Shown: positions 45,218-55,487 of the stretch, one piece after another
Layout of the letters: each line of letters begins with the position of its first letter
Numbering within the stretch: the first letter of the stretch is position 1
DNA from: a virus
Length of the DNA: 64,000 nucleotides
Strand: one strand, 5' to 3'
Virus record (IMG/VR): IMGVR_UViG_3300027823_000001
Span: 36,096 to 100,095 of that record
Translations under genes and position numbers: made by a program
The notes under the pieces: generated by a model
Seen by the model: the letters and a program-made list of their open reading frames with translations, nothing else
What the model was told of the DNA's origin: nothing
Database searches by the model: none

Positions 45218-45301
45218 ATGGACATCGCCGAGAAGTACGGCATCTCGATCGCAACCGTCTCGCAGATCATCCGACGCGTGACGTGGAAGCACGTCGCATG
45301 A
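45218..45301 (+). pseudogene. C-terminal HTH remnant of an HNH homing endonuclease
   Basis: MDIAEKYGISIATVSQIIRRVTWKHVA; no HNH core is present. Confidence 0.65.
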
Positions 45302-46221
45302 GCACGCCGAAGCCGAAAGGACCGACTCCGATTGTCGTGAAGAGCGACGGCGCTTTCGCGCGCGCGCTCAACCTCCCAGCAACGAGCGTCTCTCCCGATC
45401 CGTACGCGCCCAACGCCGCAGGCGTCTCGCAGCGCCAAGGCGGCGATGTCAACACGCGCAAGACGCGCGCGCAGTTCCGGCAGATCGAGTTTCAGCGCGC
45501 CATTCTCCAGCACGGCTACTACCTGATCTGGACCAAGGCGATGATCTGCCCGTGTATCAACCCCGTTACAGGGCAGGCCGCGATCAACTGCCTCGACTGC
45601 GACAGCTCAGGTTTCTACTACAGCGATCCGATCGAGACTCGTGGCATCATGTCCAACATGGAGCGCAACGCGAAGCAGTTCGAGAAGTTCGGCGCGTGGG
45701 TCGAAGGCACCTCGAACCTCACGGTAGAGCCGCAGTACCGCATGGGTCACCGTGACCGCGTGGAGATGCGCGACTCGGTGATGGTGCACTCAGAACTCAT
45801 GTCGAAGGGAGAGCGCCGCGGGCTCCGGGCCAAGCTGCCTGACAACTGCGACTCGCTGCGGTACCGCATCGCGCGCATGACGGCGCTGCTCTGGAAGCCT
45901 GAGGGTGGCAGCGCGACGAAGCTGACAGAGGGCTTCCACTACACGGTCAACGCTGACGGCTGGATCGAGTGGACGGCGACGGGAAACGAACTCGTTGAAG
46001 ACGACGAGACCCTCACCACCATCTACGAGTACCATCCCATCTACCTTGTGGTGTCACATCCCCACGCAACGCGTGAAGGCACGATCGAAACGAAGGTCCG
46101 GCAGCAAGAGGTCTTCGCGCTACCTGTGCAGATGTTGGTGAAGCTCGACTACCTCTCTGATGTGAACACCCCGCTTCCGAGCATGTGCGAAGCGACGATG
46201 CGCAGCCGCGTGGGCAACTGA
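45298..46221 (+). CDS. neck/head-completion protein
   Basis: W.KA.ICPC......C..C...G pattern of Herelleviridae-like neck genes. Confidence 0.75.
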   Translation: MSTPKPKGPTPIVVKSDGAFARALNLPATSVSPDPYAPNAAGVSQRQGGDVNTRKTRAQFRQIEFQRAILQHGYYLIWTKAMICPCINPVTGQAAINCLDCDSSGFYYSDPIETRGIMSNMERNAKQFEKFGAWVEGTSNLTVEPQYRMGHRDRVEMRDSVMVHSELMSKGERRGLRAKLPDNCDSLRYRIARMTALLWKPEGGSATKLTEGFHYTVNADGWIEWTATGNELVEDDETLTTIYEYHPIYLVVSHPHATREGTIETKVRQQEVFALPVQMLVKLDYLSDVNTPLPSMCEATMRSRVGN

Positions 46222-47006
46222 TGGGCGTCGTGCGCATCGACTTGACGAAGCTGAAGGAAGCGGTGCTGGCCATCGCTCCGCAGCCAGGCGACACCAATCG
46301 TCTGCTGCATGGCATCGGCGCCGTAGTACAACAGCGCTGGATCTCGATCGCGCAGCAGTCGCTGCGCACGACAGCACGCGACTACGTGGCTGGCATCCAG
46401 CCTGTAGAGGTGAAGAACCGCGTCGCCACCATCGCGCTTGTCGGGACCGTTCCGAACATGGTCGAGCACGGTGTGAGCGCGTTCGATCTTCGCACCACGC
46501 TGCTCGGTACGGGCGCCAAGAATGCCAAGACGGCCAAGGACGGCAGTCGCTACAACACCGTCCCTTTCGGGCACGGGACCCCTGGCAGCAGCGGGCGCAA
46601 CGTCGGTCGGCCGATGCCTCAGTCCATCCACACCATCGCGCGCAAGCTCTCTCCTACGCTCACGCGTCCTGAGGGAGGTGCAACGCGATGGGGAGATCGG
46701 CTGCGCCTCGGAATGCCGATGTCGAGCGCGGCACGCGCCATCCTTCAGACGAAGGAAAAATCCTGGCACTGGGGCTCGACGTACCTCGGAATGGTGCGTC
46801 AGCAGAAGACCTACGCGAAGGCCACGCAGAGCAGCTACACGACGTTCCGCCGCATCTCTTCCAAGGTGTCGAGCGGAGAGAACCACTGGATGCATCCTGG
46901 TATTCGAGCGCGCGAGCTGGCCCCGAGAGTGCAGCGTGAGATAGGCCCCATCGTCAAGTCGCTACTTGGAGCGACGACAGCACCGAGAGGATCGCGAGCC
47001 CGATGA
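46221..47006 (+). CDS. neck/tail-completion protein
   Basis: NMVE.G...FDL, Y.TVPF, YTTFRRIS...WMHPG. Confidence 0.7.
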   Translation: MGVVRIDLTKLKEAVLAIAPQPGDTNRLLHGIGAVVQQRWISIAQQSLRTTARDYVAGIQPVEVKNRVATIALVGTVPNMVEHGVSAFDLRTTLLGTGAKNAKTAKDGSRYNTVPFGHGTPGSSGRNVGRPMPQSIHTIARKLSPTLTRPEGGATRWGDRLRLGMPMSSAARAILQTKEKSWHWGSTYLGMVRQQKTYAKATQSSYTTFRRISSKVSSGENHWMHPGIRARELAPRVQREIGPIVKSLLGATTAPRGSRAR

Positions 47007-47785
47007 GCGACCTGACGAAGAAGAAGCGAGCGGCGAAGAACCTCGGCGGCGAGATCGGGATCGACATGACGGTCCCCACGTTGGGGGCCGCGCGCGCCAA
47101 CGTCATCAACATCGAGCGCTTGATCGTCGAGCTGCTGCGCACGGAAGTCGAGCGCTTTCGAGCAGACCCCGAGATGCTGCGCATGTTCTTCAGGCACATG
47201 TTCGATCCGCTGATCGGGGAAGTCGAGCGTGAAGAGTTCGTCACCAACTTCGGCCGGATCCCGCCCGAGGTCGTGCTCGGCTATCCGCGCACGAGCACCA
47301 CGATGCCGTGCTTCGCAGTGATCCTTCAGGAGGACTCCGAAGCAGATGGCTTCATCGGAGACTTCGGCGGCGAGACCGAAGACGAGGAGTCGATCGGGAC
47401 CGACGACTACAAGGAGTACAGCGCCGTGCTGTGCAACAACACGTTCGGCATCTACGTCTACGCGAATCATCCTGACGTGTGCCTCTACCTCTACTACTTC
47501 GTCAAGATGGTAGTGTTCGGCGCGAAGCCGCTGTTCGTCTCGAACGGGATGCTCGATGTCTCCATCTCGGGCGGCGAAGTCTCTCCCGACGAGTCGTACA
47601 TGCCCGATAACATGTTCATGCGGACGTTGACCGTGAGCGGACAGTCGATGTTCACTGTCCCATCGTTCGCTCGCACCAACAGGCGCCAGCTCCGGCTCCT
47701 TGGGCTGTACCGAGACGACGTGGTAGTAGATGGGGTGCAGGGCGGCATCACGCCTGAGAGGTTCGACGATGAAGACGAAGCGTGA
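47003..47785 (+). CDS. tail terminator-like protein
   Basis: position before the sheath gene; V.LGYPR....P. Confidence 0.65.
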   Translation: MSDLTKKKRAAKNLGGEIGIDMTVPTLGAARANVINIERLIVELLRTEVERFRADPEMLRMFFRHMFDPLIGEVEREEFVTNFGRIPPEVVLGYPRTSTTMPCFAVILQEDSEADGFIGDFGGETEDEESIGTDDYKEYSAVLCNNTFGIYVYANHPDVCLYLYYFVKMVVFGAKPLFVSNGMLDVSISGGEVSPDESYMPDNMFMRTLTVSGQSMFTVPSFARTNRRQLRLLGLYRDDVVVDGVQGGITPERFDDEDEA

Positions 47786-48041
47786 AGACGAGAAGAGCGA
47801 AGCGGAACCGACCCGCGAGCCTACCCGTACCATCATGACTCCCGCAGTCGTGCCACCCAGCGCTCCCGCCGAACCGGCAGAGCCGCAGATCACCGTCGGC
47901 AAGTTCGTGCGCGCGCTACGAGAAAAGGATCTCGCAGGCGCGTATGTGCATGTCGAAAAGCTCCGCAAGCCCATCCGCAAGATGGGCGCTTCGGAGTGGA
48001 AAAAGGACTACGACGCGTGGCTGCTTGAGCCACGCGGTTGA
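47769..48041 (+). CDS. small hypothetical protein before the sheath gene
   Basis: GAGG RBS; position. Confidence 0.6.
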   Translation: MKTKREDEKSEAEPTREPTRTIMTPAVVPPSAPAEPAEPQITVGKFVRALREKDLAGAYVHVEKLRKPIRKMGASEWKKDYDAWLLEPRG

Positions 48042-48058
48042 TGGAGGACTGACGCACC

Positions 48059-50335
48059 ATGGCATCTGCGATCTTTTTTGGCGGGCGTCGGATCAACATC
48101 CCCGGCGTCTATTCCAAGCTGGACACCAGCGGGCTCTCGACGGTCTCACCGTCCGCAGTCGGCATCGTCGCACTGATCGGCGAAGCCGAAGGCGGCAAGC
48201 CGCTCTCGGCGGCTCCCGAGGATAGCGATCACACTCGCAGCGACTCGTTGCTCGAACGCTACCGCGCAGGCTCACCGCTCCGCACTGCGGGGAAGTTCGC
48301 GTTCGAGCCTGCGAACGACGACGCGGTCCCTGGCGGCGCACAGCGCCTGGTTTGCGTGAAAGTGAACCCTGCGGTTCAGAGCACCGTCACGCTGCAAGAT
48401 GCACTCGGTGACGATGCGGTCGTGATCACGTCGAAGGATTACGGTCTGTTCACGGCGCAGATCAACATCGACCTGGAAGCCGGCACCACGCTCGGGCAGA
48501 AGCTCACGGTCACGTTCGAGGATACGGTCGAGACGTTCGATGACGTGGGGGGCGATGAGAAGCTCTCGCTGCTCTACACGCCAGGCTCTGGCGGCTACAC
48601 CGGAACCACGGCGGGCTTCGGAACCGCGAGCTTCGCCGCGAACGGCGTCAAGACCAACATCGGGCTCACGACCGAGCGCACGGCAGAGATGAGCGCGACG
48701 CTCGCGCTGACCTACGTGTCGAGCAACGCAGGCGACACGACGCAGGAGATCACGGTGTACGGCCGCGATGGTGCAGGCCTCGCGGTGAAGGAGACCGTGG
48801 CGCTCACCGGCACGACACCTGTCGCAGGGACGCAGCTCTTCTCGTCTGCGTTCGGAGCGCGCAAGAGCGCTGCCACGCTGGGCACCGTCACGATCGCCGA
48901 CACGGCGCCCACGACCGTCTTCACGCTGACCAGCGCGCAGTCCACGCGCGGGCTGCTCGTGCTCACGAACGCGTCCATCGTGCCCGCGTCGAGTTCGATC
49001 GCGATCGACACGGGAGCGGCGACCACCTACGGCATGATCGTCACGACCGATGCGGCGGGCGCCGAGGTGCTGCAAGCGCTCGACTTCACGGTCGCCACGC
49101 CGATCACGATCACGGGCGCAGGCAAGCGGGTCACGTACATCGCGCTCGGTGACGTGGCTGCGGCGCGCACCGTGACGCTCACCGCGCGCCTCACCACGCT
49201 CGCCTACGCGTCGTTCTCTACGATCCAAAGGATCACCGATGCGCTGAACGCGCTCGATGGCCTGACGGCAACCGCGGCCGTGTCGAACCCGACGACGTTC
49301 CTCGCCGCAGACATGGACCGCGCAGCCGTCGTCAGCATCCAAGCCGTCGATGGCGACTTCTTCGCGAACCTCGCGGACATCATCAGCGTGCTCGACCAAG
49401 GCTCGCAGCTCGTGAGCGCCGCGCGTCCCGCGTTCCCCGACGGCAACCTGACGCCCGCGAACCTTGTGTCGCCGGTGTATCTCGAAGGCGGTGACGAGGG
49501 CACGACCACGATCACGCAGTGGCAGGAGGCCTTCCGCCTCCTGCGCGAGCGACGCGTCACCACGATCGTCCCGCTCACTCGCGATTCGGCCGTCCATGCG
49601 CTGCTCAACCAACACCTGCGCTTGCGCGCAGGTGCGCTGCGCTCCGAGGCCAACGGCATCATCGGCCTCGCGAAGGCGGACGGTACGGGTGAGACCCGCG
49701 CGAACATCAAGTCTCAGATCATCGCGGTGCAGACGCGATCGATCTCGGCAGTCGCGCAGGAAGTGAAGCGCAACGATCCCGACACGGGTGAAGCGACGTG
49801 GTTCTCGCCCATCTACCACGCGGCCATCGTGGCAGGCGCACAGGCGGGCTCGCCCGTCGCCGAGCCGCTCACGCACAAGCGGCCCTTCGTGCTCGACATC
49901 CGCAACGATACGTCGTGGTCCGTGACCGACGACTCAGAGGAGATGATCGAGGCAGGTCTCATGTTCGCCGAGAAGCGCGAGAACGAGGGTATCCGCTGGG
50001 TGCGCTCGGTCACCACGCACATCGCCGACGACAACCCGATCTTCTCCGAACTCAGCAGCAACGAATCGGCGGATCAGTTCGCCTTTCAGTTCCGCGCCGC
50101 GCTGGAGCCTCGCATCGGTCGCCGCGGGCTCGGGTCTTCGGCGGGCGCGATCAAGGGCATGGCGAGCGACGCTGCGGCGCGCTTGGTGGACGACGAGATT
50201 ATCGTCGCGTGGCGCGCTCTCTCGGTCGAACAGATCGGCGACACGTTCCCTGTCAGCATCGAGGTGGCTCCTGTCGAGCCTACCAACTTTATCCCCGTAA
50301 CGATTCATCTGACTCGCTTCCGCGCCACGGCGTGA
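48059..50335 (+). CDS. contractile tail sheath protein
   Basis: IPGVYS, ALIGEAEGGKP, SKDYG, L.GG.EG...W, EPLTHK; Thr-rich central insertion. Confidence 0.92.
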   Translation: MASAIFFGGRRINIPGVYSKLDTSGLSTVSPSAVGIVALIGEAEGGKPLSAAPEDSDHTRSDSLLERYRAGSPLRTAGKFAFEPANDDAVPGGAQRLVCVKVNPAVQSTVTLQDALGDDAVVITSKDYGLFTAQINIDLEAGTTLGQKLTVTFEDTVETFDDVGGDEKLSLLYTPGSGGYTGTTAGFGTASFAANGVKTNIGLTTERTAEMSATLALTYVSSNAGDTTQEITVYGRDGAGLAVKETVALTGTTPVAGTQLFSSAFGARKSAATLGTVTIADTAPTTVFTLTSAQSTRGLLVLTNASIVPASSSIAIDTGAATTYGMIVTTDAAGAEVLQALDFTVATPITITGAGKRVTYIALGDVAAARTVTLTARLTTLAYASFSTIQRITDALNALDGLTATAAVSNPTTFLAADMDRAAVVSIQAVDGDFFANLADIISVLDQGSQLVSAARPAFPDGNLTPANLVSPVYLEGGDEGTTTITQWQEAFRLLRERRVTTIVPLTRDSAVHALLNQHLRLRAGALRSEANGIIGLAKADGTGETRANIKSQIIAVQTRSISAVAQEVKRNDPDTGEATWFSPIYHAAIVAGAQAGSPVAEPLTHKRPFVLDIRNDTSWSVTDDSEEMIEAGLMFAEKRENEGIRWVRSVTTHIADDNPIFSELSSNESADQFAFQFRAALEPRIGRRGLGSSAGAIKGMASDAAARLVDDEIIVAWRALSVEQIGDTFPVSIEVAPVEPTNFIPVTIHLTRFRATA

Positions 50336-50357
50336 GCGCAGGACGTAGGAGGCACCG

Positions 50358-50792
50358 ATGGCTGGTAGAGGCTTGGTTCTGAGTGGCGCGCGTGCGGTCT
50401 TCTTGATCAACGGCGTCAAGGTGATGTACGCGACGAACGTGTCGCTGTCCGAGGAGATCCAGCAGGATCCCGTGGACGTGCTCGACCAGTTCGAAACGGC
50501 GGAGTTCGTACCCACGGGCTACCGCTGCACACTCTCCGCGCAGATGGTCCGGGTGATCACCAACCCGATCAAGCTGCGCGACGGCGTTCGGCTCTTCCCC
50601 CGCGTCGAGGACATCCTCTCAGCACAGGAGATGACCGCGACGCTCATGGACCGCGTGACTGACACCGTGCTCGCCAACGTCGAGCGCGTGAAGGCGCAGC
50701 GCTACTCGCTCGCCGTGCCCGCACGAGGCATTGTCATGTCCGATGTGGACTTCGTCTGCATCCGCATCCGCGATGAGAGCGAGATCACCTGA
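50358..50792 (+). CDS. tail tube protein
   Basis: 144 aa directly after the sheath; SGARA...ING...EFVP. Confidence 0.85.
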   Translation: MAGRGLVLSGARAVFLINGVKVMYATNVSLSEEIQQDPVDVLDQFETAEFVPTGYRCTLSAQMVRVITNPIKLRDGVRLFPRVEDILSAQEMTATLMDRVTDTVLANVERVKAQRYSLAVPARGIVMSDVDFVCIRIRDESEIT

Positions 50793-50813
50793 TACCACTA
50801 CGGGCAGTGATGG

Positions 50814-50850
50814 AAGGCTCGATGCTGAGAGGTGTCGAGCCTTTTGTTTT
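50814..50850 (+). terminator. intrinsic terminator
   Basis: AAGGCTCGATGCT-GAGA-GGTGTCGAGCCTT followed by TTGTTTT. Confidence 0.85.
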
Positions 50851-50876
50851 CAGGCTATGCTCGCCGCGGAGGTTCC

Positions 50877-51452
50877 ATGACGACGAAGAAGCAGAACACC
50901 GCAGCGATCCCCAAGGCCGATGACGACGAAGCGGACGCGCAGCTGCCGCCCGTGACGACGATCAAGCTCGACTGCACCGATGGTCGCGGCATCCACTACG
51001 AGGGCTGGTTCACCTTCAAGGTGCCGAACATGAAAGACACGATGGAGATCGGTCGGCGCAAGTCGCTGCTACTCCCCATCTCCATCGTGAACGACGTGAA
51101 CGCCGCCATGCTCGCGGAGATGATCGCGTACCTGGACGTGACGCTTCAGAAAGGCGACGACGGCGCGCGCATCCCGAAGTGGTGGAAGCCTCTCGACTTC
51201 TACGACGAGACGCCCATCGTGGCCCTCTACGCGGAGGCAACGGCTTACGCCAAGACCTTTCGCGGCGAGGCGCGTCCCAACGATCGAGCAGATGAGGAAG
51301 CTCCTGCGGAGCGACACGAAGACGCTGGTGGAAGCGATGTGGATGGAGACATTCAACCTCCCATCGAACGACGAACGATTCACCGAACTGACTCTGCACG
51401 AAGCACTTCGGCAGGTAGTGCTGGTCGAGGCATTCAAAGCGGAGAGGGCTGA
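50877..51452 (+). CDS. tail assembly chaperone (G-like)
   Basis: between tube and tape-measure genes; G.F.FK.P..., A.L.V...P.WW. Confidence 0.75.
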   Translation: MTTKKQNTAAIPKADDDEADAQLPPVTTIKLDCTDGRGIHYEGWFTFKVPNMKDTMEIGRRKSLLLPISIVNDVNAAMLAEMIAYLDVTLQKGDDGARIPKWWKPLDFYDETPIVALYAEATAYAKTFRGEARPNDRADEEAPAERHEDAGGSDVDGDIQPPIERRTIHRTDSARSTSAGSAGRGIQSGEG

Positions 51453-51648
51453 TCGCATCAAGCGCGCACGCGAAGATGCAGCAGGTCTCGATCGCGCGCC
51501 CGAGGTGACTCAGGTGCGGGGCGAGGACGCTGAAGCGGTGGGCGGTCCGCGGCTCACTGGCGACGCCGAGTTCGATTCGATCGAGCTGATGGAGACAGAT
51601 CCACTTCGTGATCTGCCTCGCGTCAGAGTGACAGTGAAGCGAGGCTGA
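51259..51648 (+). CDS. tail assembly chaperone C-terminal part (T-like), probably reached by +1 frameshift
   Basis: overlaps the upstream ORF in the +1 frame; W...FNLP.ND.RF..LT motif. Confidence 0.65.
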   Translation, partial: FAARRVPTIEQMRKLLRSDTKTLVEAMWMETFNLPSNDERFTELTLHEALRQVVLVEAFKAERADRIKRAREDAAGLDRAPEVTQVRGEDAEAVGGPRLTGDAEFDSIELMETDPLRDLPRVRVTVKRG

Positions 51649-51650
51649 CG

Positions 51651-53552
51651 ATGCCTGAGACACGCCACCGCACAGTTCTTGAGGTCGGAGTAGACGATCG
51701 CAATCTTCGGCAGCTCGCGCCGACGATGGAGCGAGCGCTCAACCCGAAGGTCGCGGAGGCGTTCGAGAAGAGCATGGAGCGCACGACTGCTGCGCTCGGT
51801 AAGATGATCGAGCAGCAGACGAGGTTTGGTCGGCTGCTCGAAGATCAAGCGAAGCGCTCATCGCAGCGCAGCCGCGATGACGAACGAAGGCTGCGCAGTG
51901 CCGTCCGCTCCGGCACTGCGCAGGGGACGCTCGGCGCACACGCGCTGATGCGAGGAAACCAGATCGCAGGACAGATGCCCTACCAAGAGGGCTTTTTGAC
52001 TCAGATGCTGTCGGGCATCCCGATCCTGGGTCCTGCGTTCGGCGGTGCGGTCGGCGGCGCGCAGAGCTTCTACCAGAGCTTTGCGGCGCAGCAGATCGGC
52101 AGGGCCCGCGCCTTCGGCGCTACGGGCCTTGGCGGGCGCGCCTACGGCGCAGGAGGCCACGGACTAACCAGCGCAGGGATCGGGCTCGGCTACGGCCCCT
52201 CGGAGCTTCCAGGGCTCCTGGGAGGCTTCGCGCAGTCCAGCGGCATGCGCGGCTACGGACTTGGGAGCGCGGCCACGCGCGCGCTTCAGATGCAGGCGCT
52301 CGGCGGTATCGACATGGGTGCATCGGGAGCGCTCGGCAACGCGATGCTAACTGGTACCACGGGCAGCGGTACCAGCACTGCCGAGGATGGCGTCGGAGAC
52401 ATGCTCACAGAGGCCGTAGCCGCTGGGATCTCTGGCGGGATCCGCGAAGGTCGCATCGGCGAGATGCTTCAACAGATCAGCTCGGGTGTGACGCAGCTAC
52501 GCACACGCGGTGTCATGGTCAACGTTGGCGAGACCATCGCGCTCATGCGCGGGCTCAGCAACATGGGCGGCGCATTCGGTGGAGAGGCTGGCGTGGCAGC
52601 CGCTTCGTCGATCACACAAGGCTTCTCAGGCGCTCCCGATCGCGAAGGTGTGCTCTCCGCGCTCGCGATCCGGAACAGGATGTCGTCGAGCGGAGAGGAC
52701 TACGAGACGGCCTCGCGTTCCATCGAGTCGAATCCTGTCGAAGCCTTTCGATCCGTCATGGGCTCGCTCTCTCGCTTCCGAGGCACGCGTGGGTTCGAGA
52801 CGATGCTGCGCTCCAGTATGAGCGCTATGGGTGTCTCGCTCTCCCGCGAGCAAGCGCACCAGCTCGCCGGCATGAATGACTCCGACCTCGCAGGTATGAG
52901 CGGTGGGACATCCGATGCTGGCGGTATCGTAGAGGGCTATCTGGCGAGCAACCGCGAGGCCTCGGCTGGCGTGATGGGCACGGCGAGCACCGAAGCAGGC
53001 TACGAGGCGCGGCGTGCTGGGATCGGCGCGGGCATGGGCGGCACCGTCACGGCGTACCGCGATCTCGAACTGAGCATGATCACCGCGATGCAGCCGATGG
53101 TGCAGAGCTTCGCGTCAGGCGTGCTGCGGGAGGTGAGTGGCCTCTTCAGCGCGTTCCAAGAGGGTGGCGTTGGAGGGCTGTTCGAGGCTGCCATGACGCG
53201 AGTCATCGAGGGCTTGCGCACGCTGGGCGAAGATGTGCTCCCCGAGCTGGTCGCGATACCTGGGCTACCTGACGACACTAGCGGGACCGACATGGCCCTC
53301 GATGCAGCCGATGCTGTCGGCTGGGCTCTCAACGAAGGCGCGGCTTCCGTGCTCGACGCCGTAGGCGCCGAGGGCTCTGTCTCGCGCAGCATGCACAGCA
53401 TGGGAGAAGCCCACCTGCGGAGCGGAGCTACGCGCCGAGGCGGCGCAGCGTCCACTGACTCTGCAACCATCGACACGCCTGGCGGCGCCGTGCGCGTTGA
53501 GACGACAACCACAGTCACTCCGGTTGTGGATGACTTCGAGTCAGCACGGTGA
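51651..53552 (+). CDS. tape measure protein
   Basis: Gly/Ala/Met-rich helical protein after the chaperones. Confidence 0.8.
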   Translation: MPETRHRTVLEVGVDDRNLRQLAPTMERALNPKVAEAFEKSMERTTAALGKMIEQQTRFGRLLEDQAKRSSQRSRDDERRLRSAVRSGTAQGTLGAHALMRGNQIAGQMPYQEGFLTQMLSGIPILGPAFGGAVGGAQSFYQSFAAQQIGRARAFGATGLGGRAYGAGGHGLTSAGIGLGYGPSELPGLLGGFAQSSGMRGYGLGSAATRALQMQALGGIDMGASGALGNAMLTGTTGSGTSTAEDGVGDMLTEAVAAGISGGIREGRIGEMLQQISSGVTQLRTRGVMVNVGETIALMRGLSNMGGAFGGEAGVAAASSITQGFSGAPDREGVLSALAIRNRMSSSGEDYETASRSIESNPVEAFRSVMGSLSRFRGTRGFETMLRSSMSAMGVSLSREQAHQLAGMNDSDLAGMSGGTSDAGGIVEGYLASNREASAGVMGTASTEAGYEARRAGIGAGMGGTVTAYRDLELSMITAMQPMVQSFASGVLREVSGLFSAFQEGGVGGLFEAAMTRVIEGLRTLGEDVLPELVAIPGLPDDTSGTDMALDAADAVGWALNEGAASVLDAVGAEGSVSRSMHSMGEAHLRSGATRRGGAASTDSATIDTPGGAVRVETTTTVTPVVDDFESAR

Positions 53553-53555
53553 AGC

Positions 53556-55487
53556 ATGGCGATGAGACCTCTCAACGGCGCAGGACCTTTCAACGAGCAG
53601 ACGCGAATCCTCGCATCGTTTCATTCCGACGAAGGCTTCGATGGTGTGGTCGGCGAAGGTCTCCGTGGCTTCGGGTACGTTGTCGGCGCTAGCACGAGCA
53701 AGCACTTCGGCAGGGCCTCAGGCAACTGGACGCTGAACATCAAGACGGCGCCTGGACAGCCACCGCTTCTGTCCCAGTACCCGGACCCGGAAGACGTGTG
53801 GGTGCGAGTCCAGATGAGGGTCAACGGGCAGGTGTACGACCTGATGATCGGGCTGATTGACTCGATCGTCGAAGACACCGTGCGCAATCCCGACGGCTCG
53901 CAGCCACACACCTACACCGTCTCAGGCAGCGACTTCGGTAAGTGCTTTGAGAAGCTCGAACTCTTCACCAACTTCTGGGCTACTGGAGGTCCGCCGATTC
54001 CGCAGTTCGTAGGATACTCAGCCATCGCCGCAGATCTCGCACTGCCGATCGGCTCGCCGCACGAAGTGGTGCGTGGGCTCATCGAGATGTGGCTTGGTAA
54101 CGCAGGCGCCGCCGAGAAGCAGTGGATGCTCCCTTCGTCGCTGCGCGGCGGACCGACAGGTGCGCGCTACATCTTCGACTGGCTCCACATGGGCAACATC
54201 TCGGACGCGCTGCGAGGCAACTTAGCGAACGATCCGACGCTGCTCTCTCCCGATCCGTTGATGGGTCGCACGCTGTGGGATGTACTTCAAGAGTACAGCC
54301 ACAACCTGCTCAACGAACTGTGGCTCGACCTCGGCACGGACCCCGATCTCAATCACAGCGACGAACGTCTCGATGCGCTCCGCCCGACAGTCTACATGCG
54401 CGAGCGCCCGTTCCCCACGATCAAGAGCACGCGCCGATGGGACTCGCTGCACACGATCGAGCTGGGCCCGAGCGACGTGAAGCGGCGACGCATCGTCTCT
54501 GGTGATGGCGGTGCATCGCGGTTCAACTGGTGGGAGCTGATCCCGAGTGGTGCGAGCGCGAACGCGAACGACTTGCAGGCATTTATGCACAACGGTAACG
54601 GTGAACCCGGAGGCATGCCGATCTACAACCTGGACTCGATGCGCAAGCATGGCGTGCGTCGGTACGCGCAGCAGTCGAAGTACCTCGTGCTGCCCTCCGC
54701 TGAGGAGGGTCCGAGCTTCATCCAGTACGCGATCCGCTGGGTGCGCATCGTGCACGACTGGTACTCCGTTGCGCCGTACCAGTACACAGGGACCATCGTC
54801 ACGGCGCGCGCTCGCCCCGATGCGCGGCTTGGGATGAAGCTCCGCGAGACGCGCGCCGACGGATCGATCTGGGTCTATTACATCGAAGGCGTGGATCAGC
54901 ACTACTCGTACCCTGGCGATGGCGAGACCACGCTGACCGTCACTCGCGGGCAGCTGGAGAGCGCGCGCTTTCTCGATCGGGTCTACGCGTACTACCGAGG
55001 TGCGGACCTCTCGACGCTCTCAGGCGCCGAGGTGGCCGCTTCGGTACCAGCCACGGAGCCCGTTGCTGGCGGTACGACGCCCGACACGGCTCCCGCGCCG
55101 TCCGTAGACCCCGACGTAGCCATCCCTCCCGAGGATGCCCTCACAGCGCCGTCTGAGACGGCTCCAGGGGTTGAGGCGGTCGTGCTGGACGAAGACACGC
55201 CCGCGGCGCGCGCTGGTGTGCATGCGGTGCGAGCTGAGACCGGCACGGCGGACGCCTCGATGGTCACCGCTCCTGAGACGGTCGAGGACACGGACCTCAC
55301 CATGGCTGAACTCCACAACGGAGACGAGATCGCCGTGGACACGCTGCTGATCGATCCGCGCGACAGACTCACATCGCCAGGCCGTTCGACGGGCGACAAC
55401 CCCGCAGTGGATCCTGCCTCGCTGATAGGCTCTGGACCAGTAGAGCCCTCGGTGCCGACGACGCGCGGCGGAGCGAGGCGCGCATGA
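53556..55487 (+). CDS. baseplate hub protein
   Basis: GLID.I......YTVSGSDFGK, NELW.D, YMRERPF, YYIEGV.Q; acidic low-complexity tail. Confidence 0.7.
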   Translation: MAMRPLNGAGPFNEQTRILASFHSDEGFDGVVGEGLRGFGYVVGASTSKHFGRASGNWTLNIKTAPGQPPLLSQYPDPEDVWVRVQMRVNGQVYDLMIGLIDSIVEDTVRNPDGSQPHTYTVSGSDFGKCFEKLELFTNFWATGGPPIPQFVGYSAIAADLALPIGSPHEVVRGLIEMWLGNAGAAEKQWMLPSSLRGGPTGARYIFDWLHMGNISDALRGNLANDPTLLSPDPLMGRTLWDVLQEYSHNLLNELWLDLGTDPDLNHSDERLDALRPTVYMRERPFPTIKSTRRWDSLHTIELGPSDVKRRRIVSGDGGASRFNWWELIPSGASANANDLQAFMHNGNGEPGGMPIYNLDSMRKHGVRRYAQQSKYLVLPSAEEGPSFIQYAIRWVRIVHDWYSVAPYQYTGTIVTARARPDARLGMKLRETRADGSIWVYYIEGVDQHYSYPGDGETTLTVTRGQLESARFLDRVYAYYRGADLSTLSGAEVAASVPATEPVAGGTTPDTAPAPSVDPDVAIPPEDALTAPSETAPGVEAVVLDEDTPAARAGVHAVRAETGTADASMVTAPETVEDTDLTMAELHNGDEIAVDTLLIDPRDRLTSPGRSTGDNPAVDPASLIGSGPVEPSVPTTRGGARRA

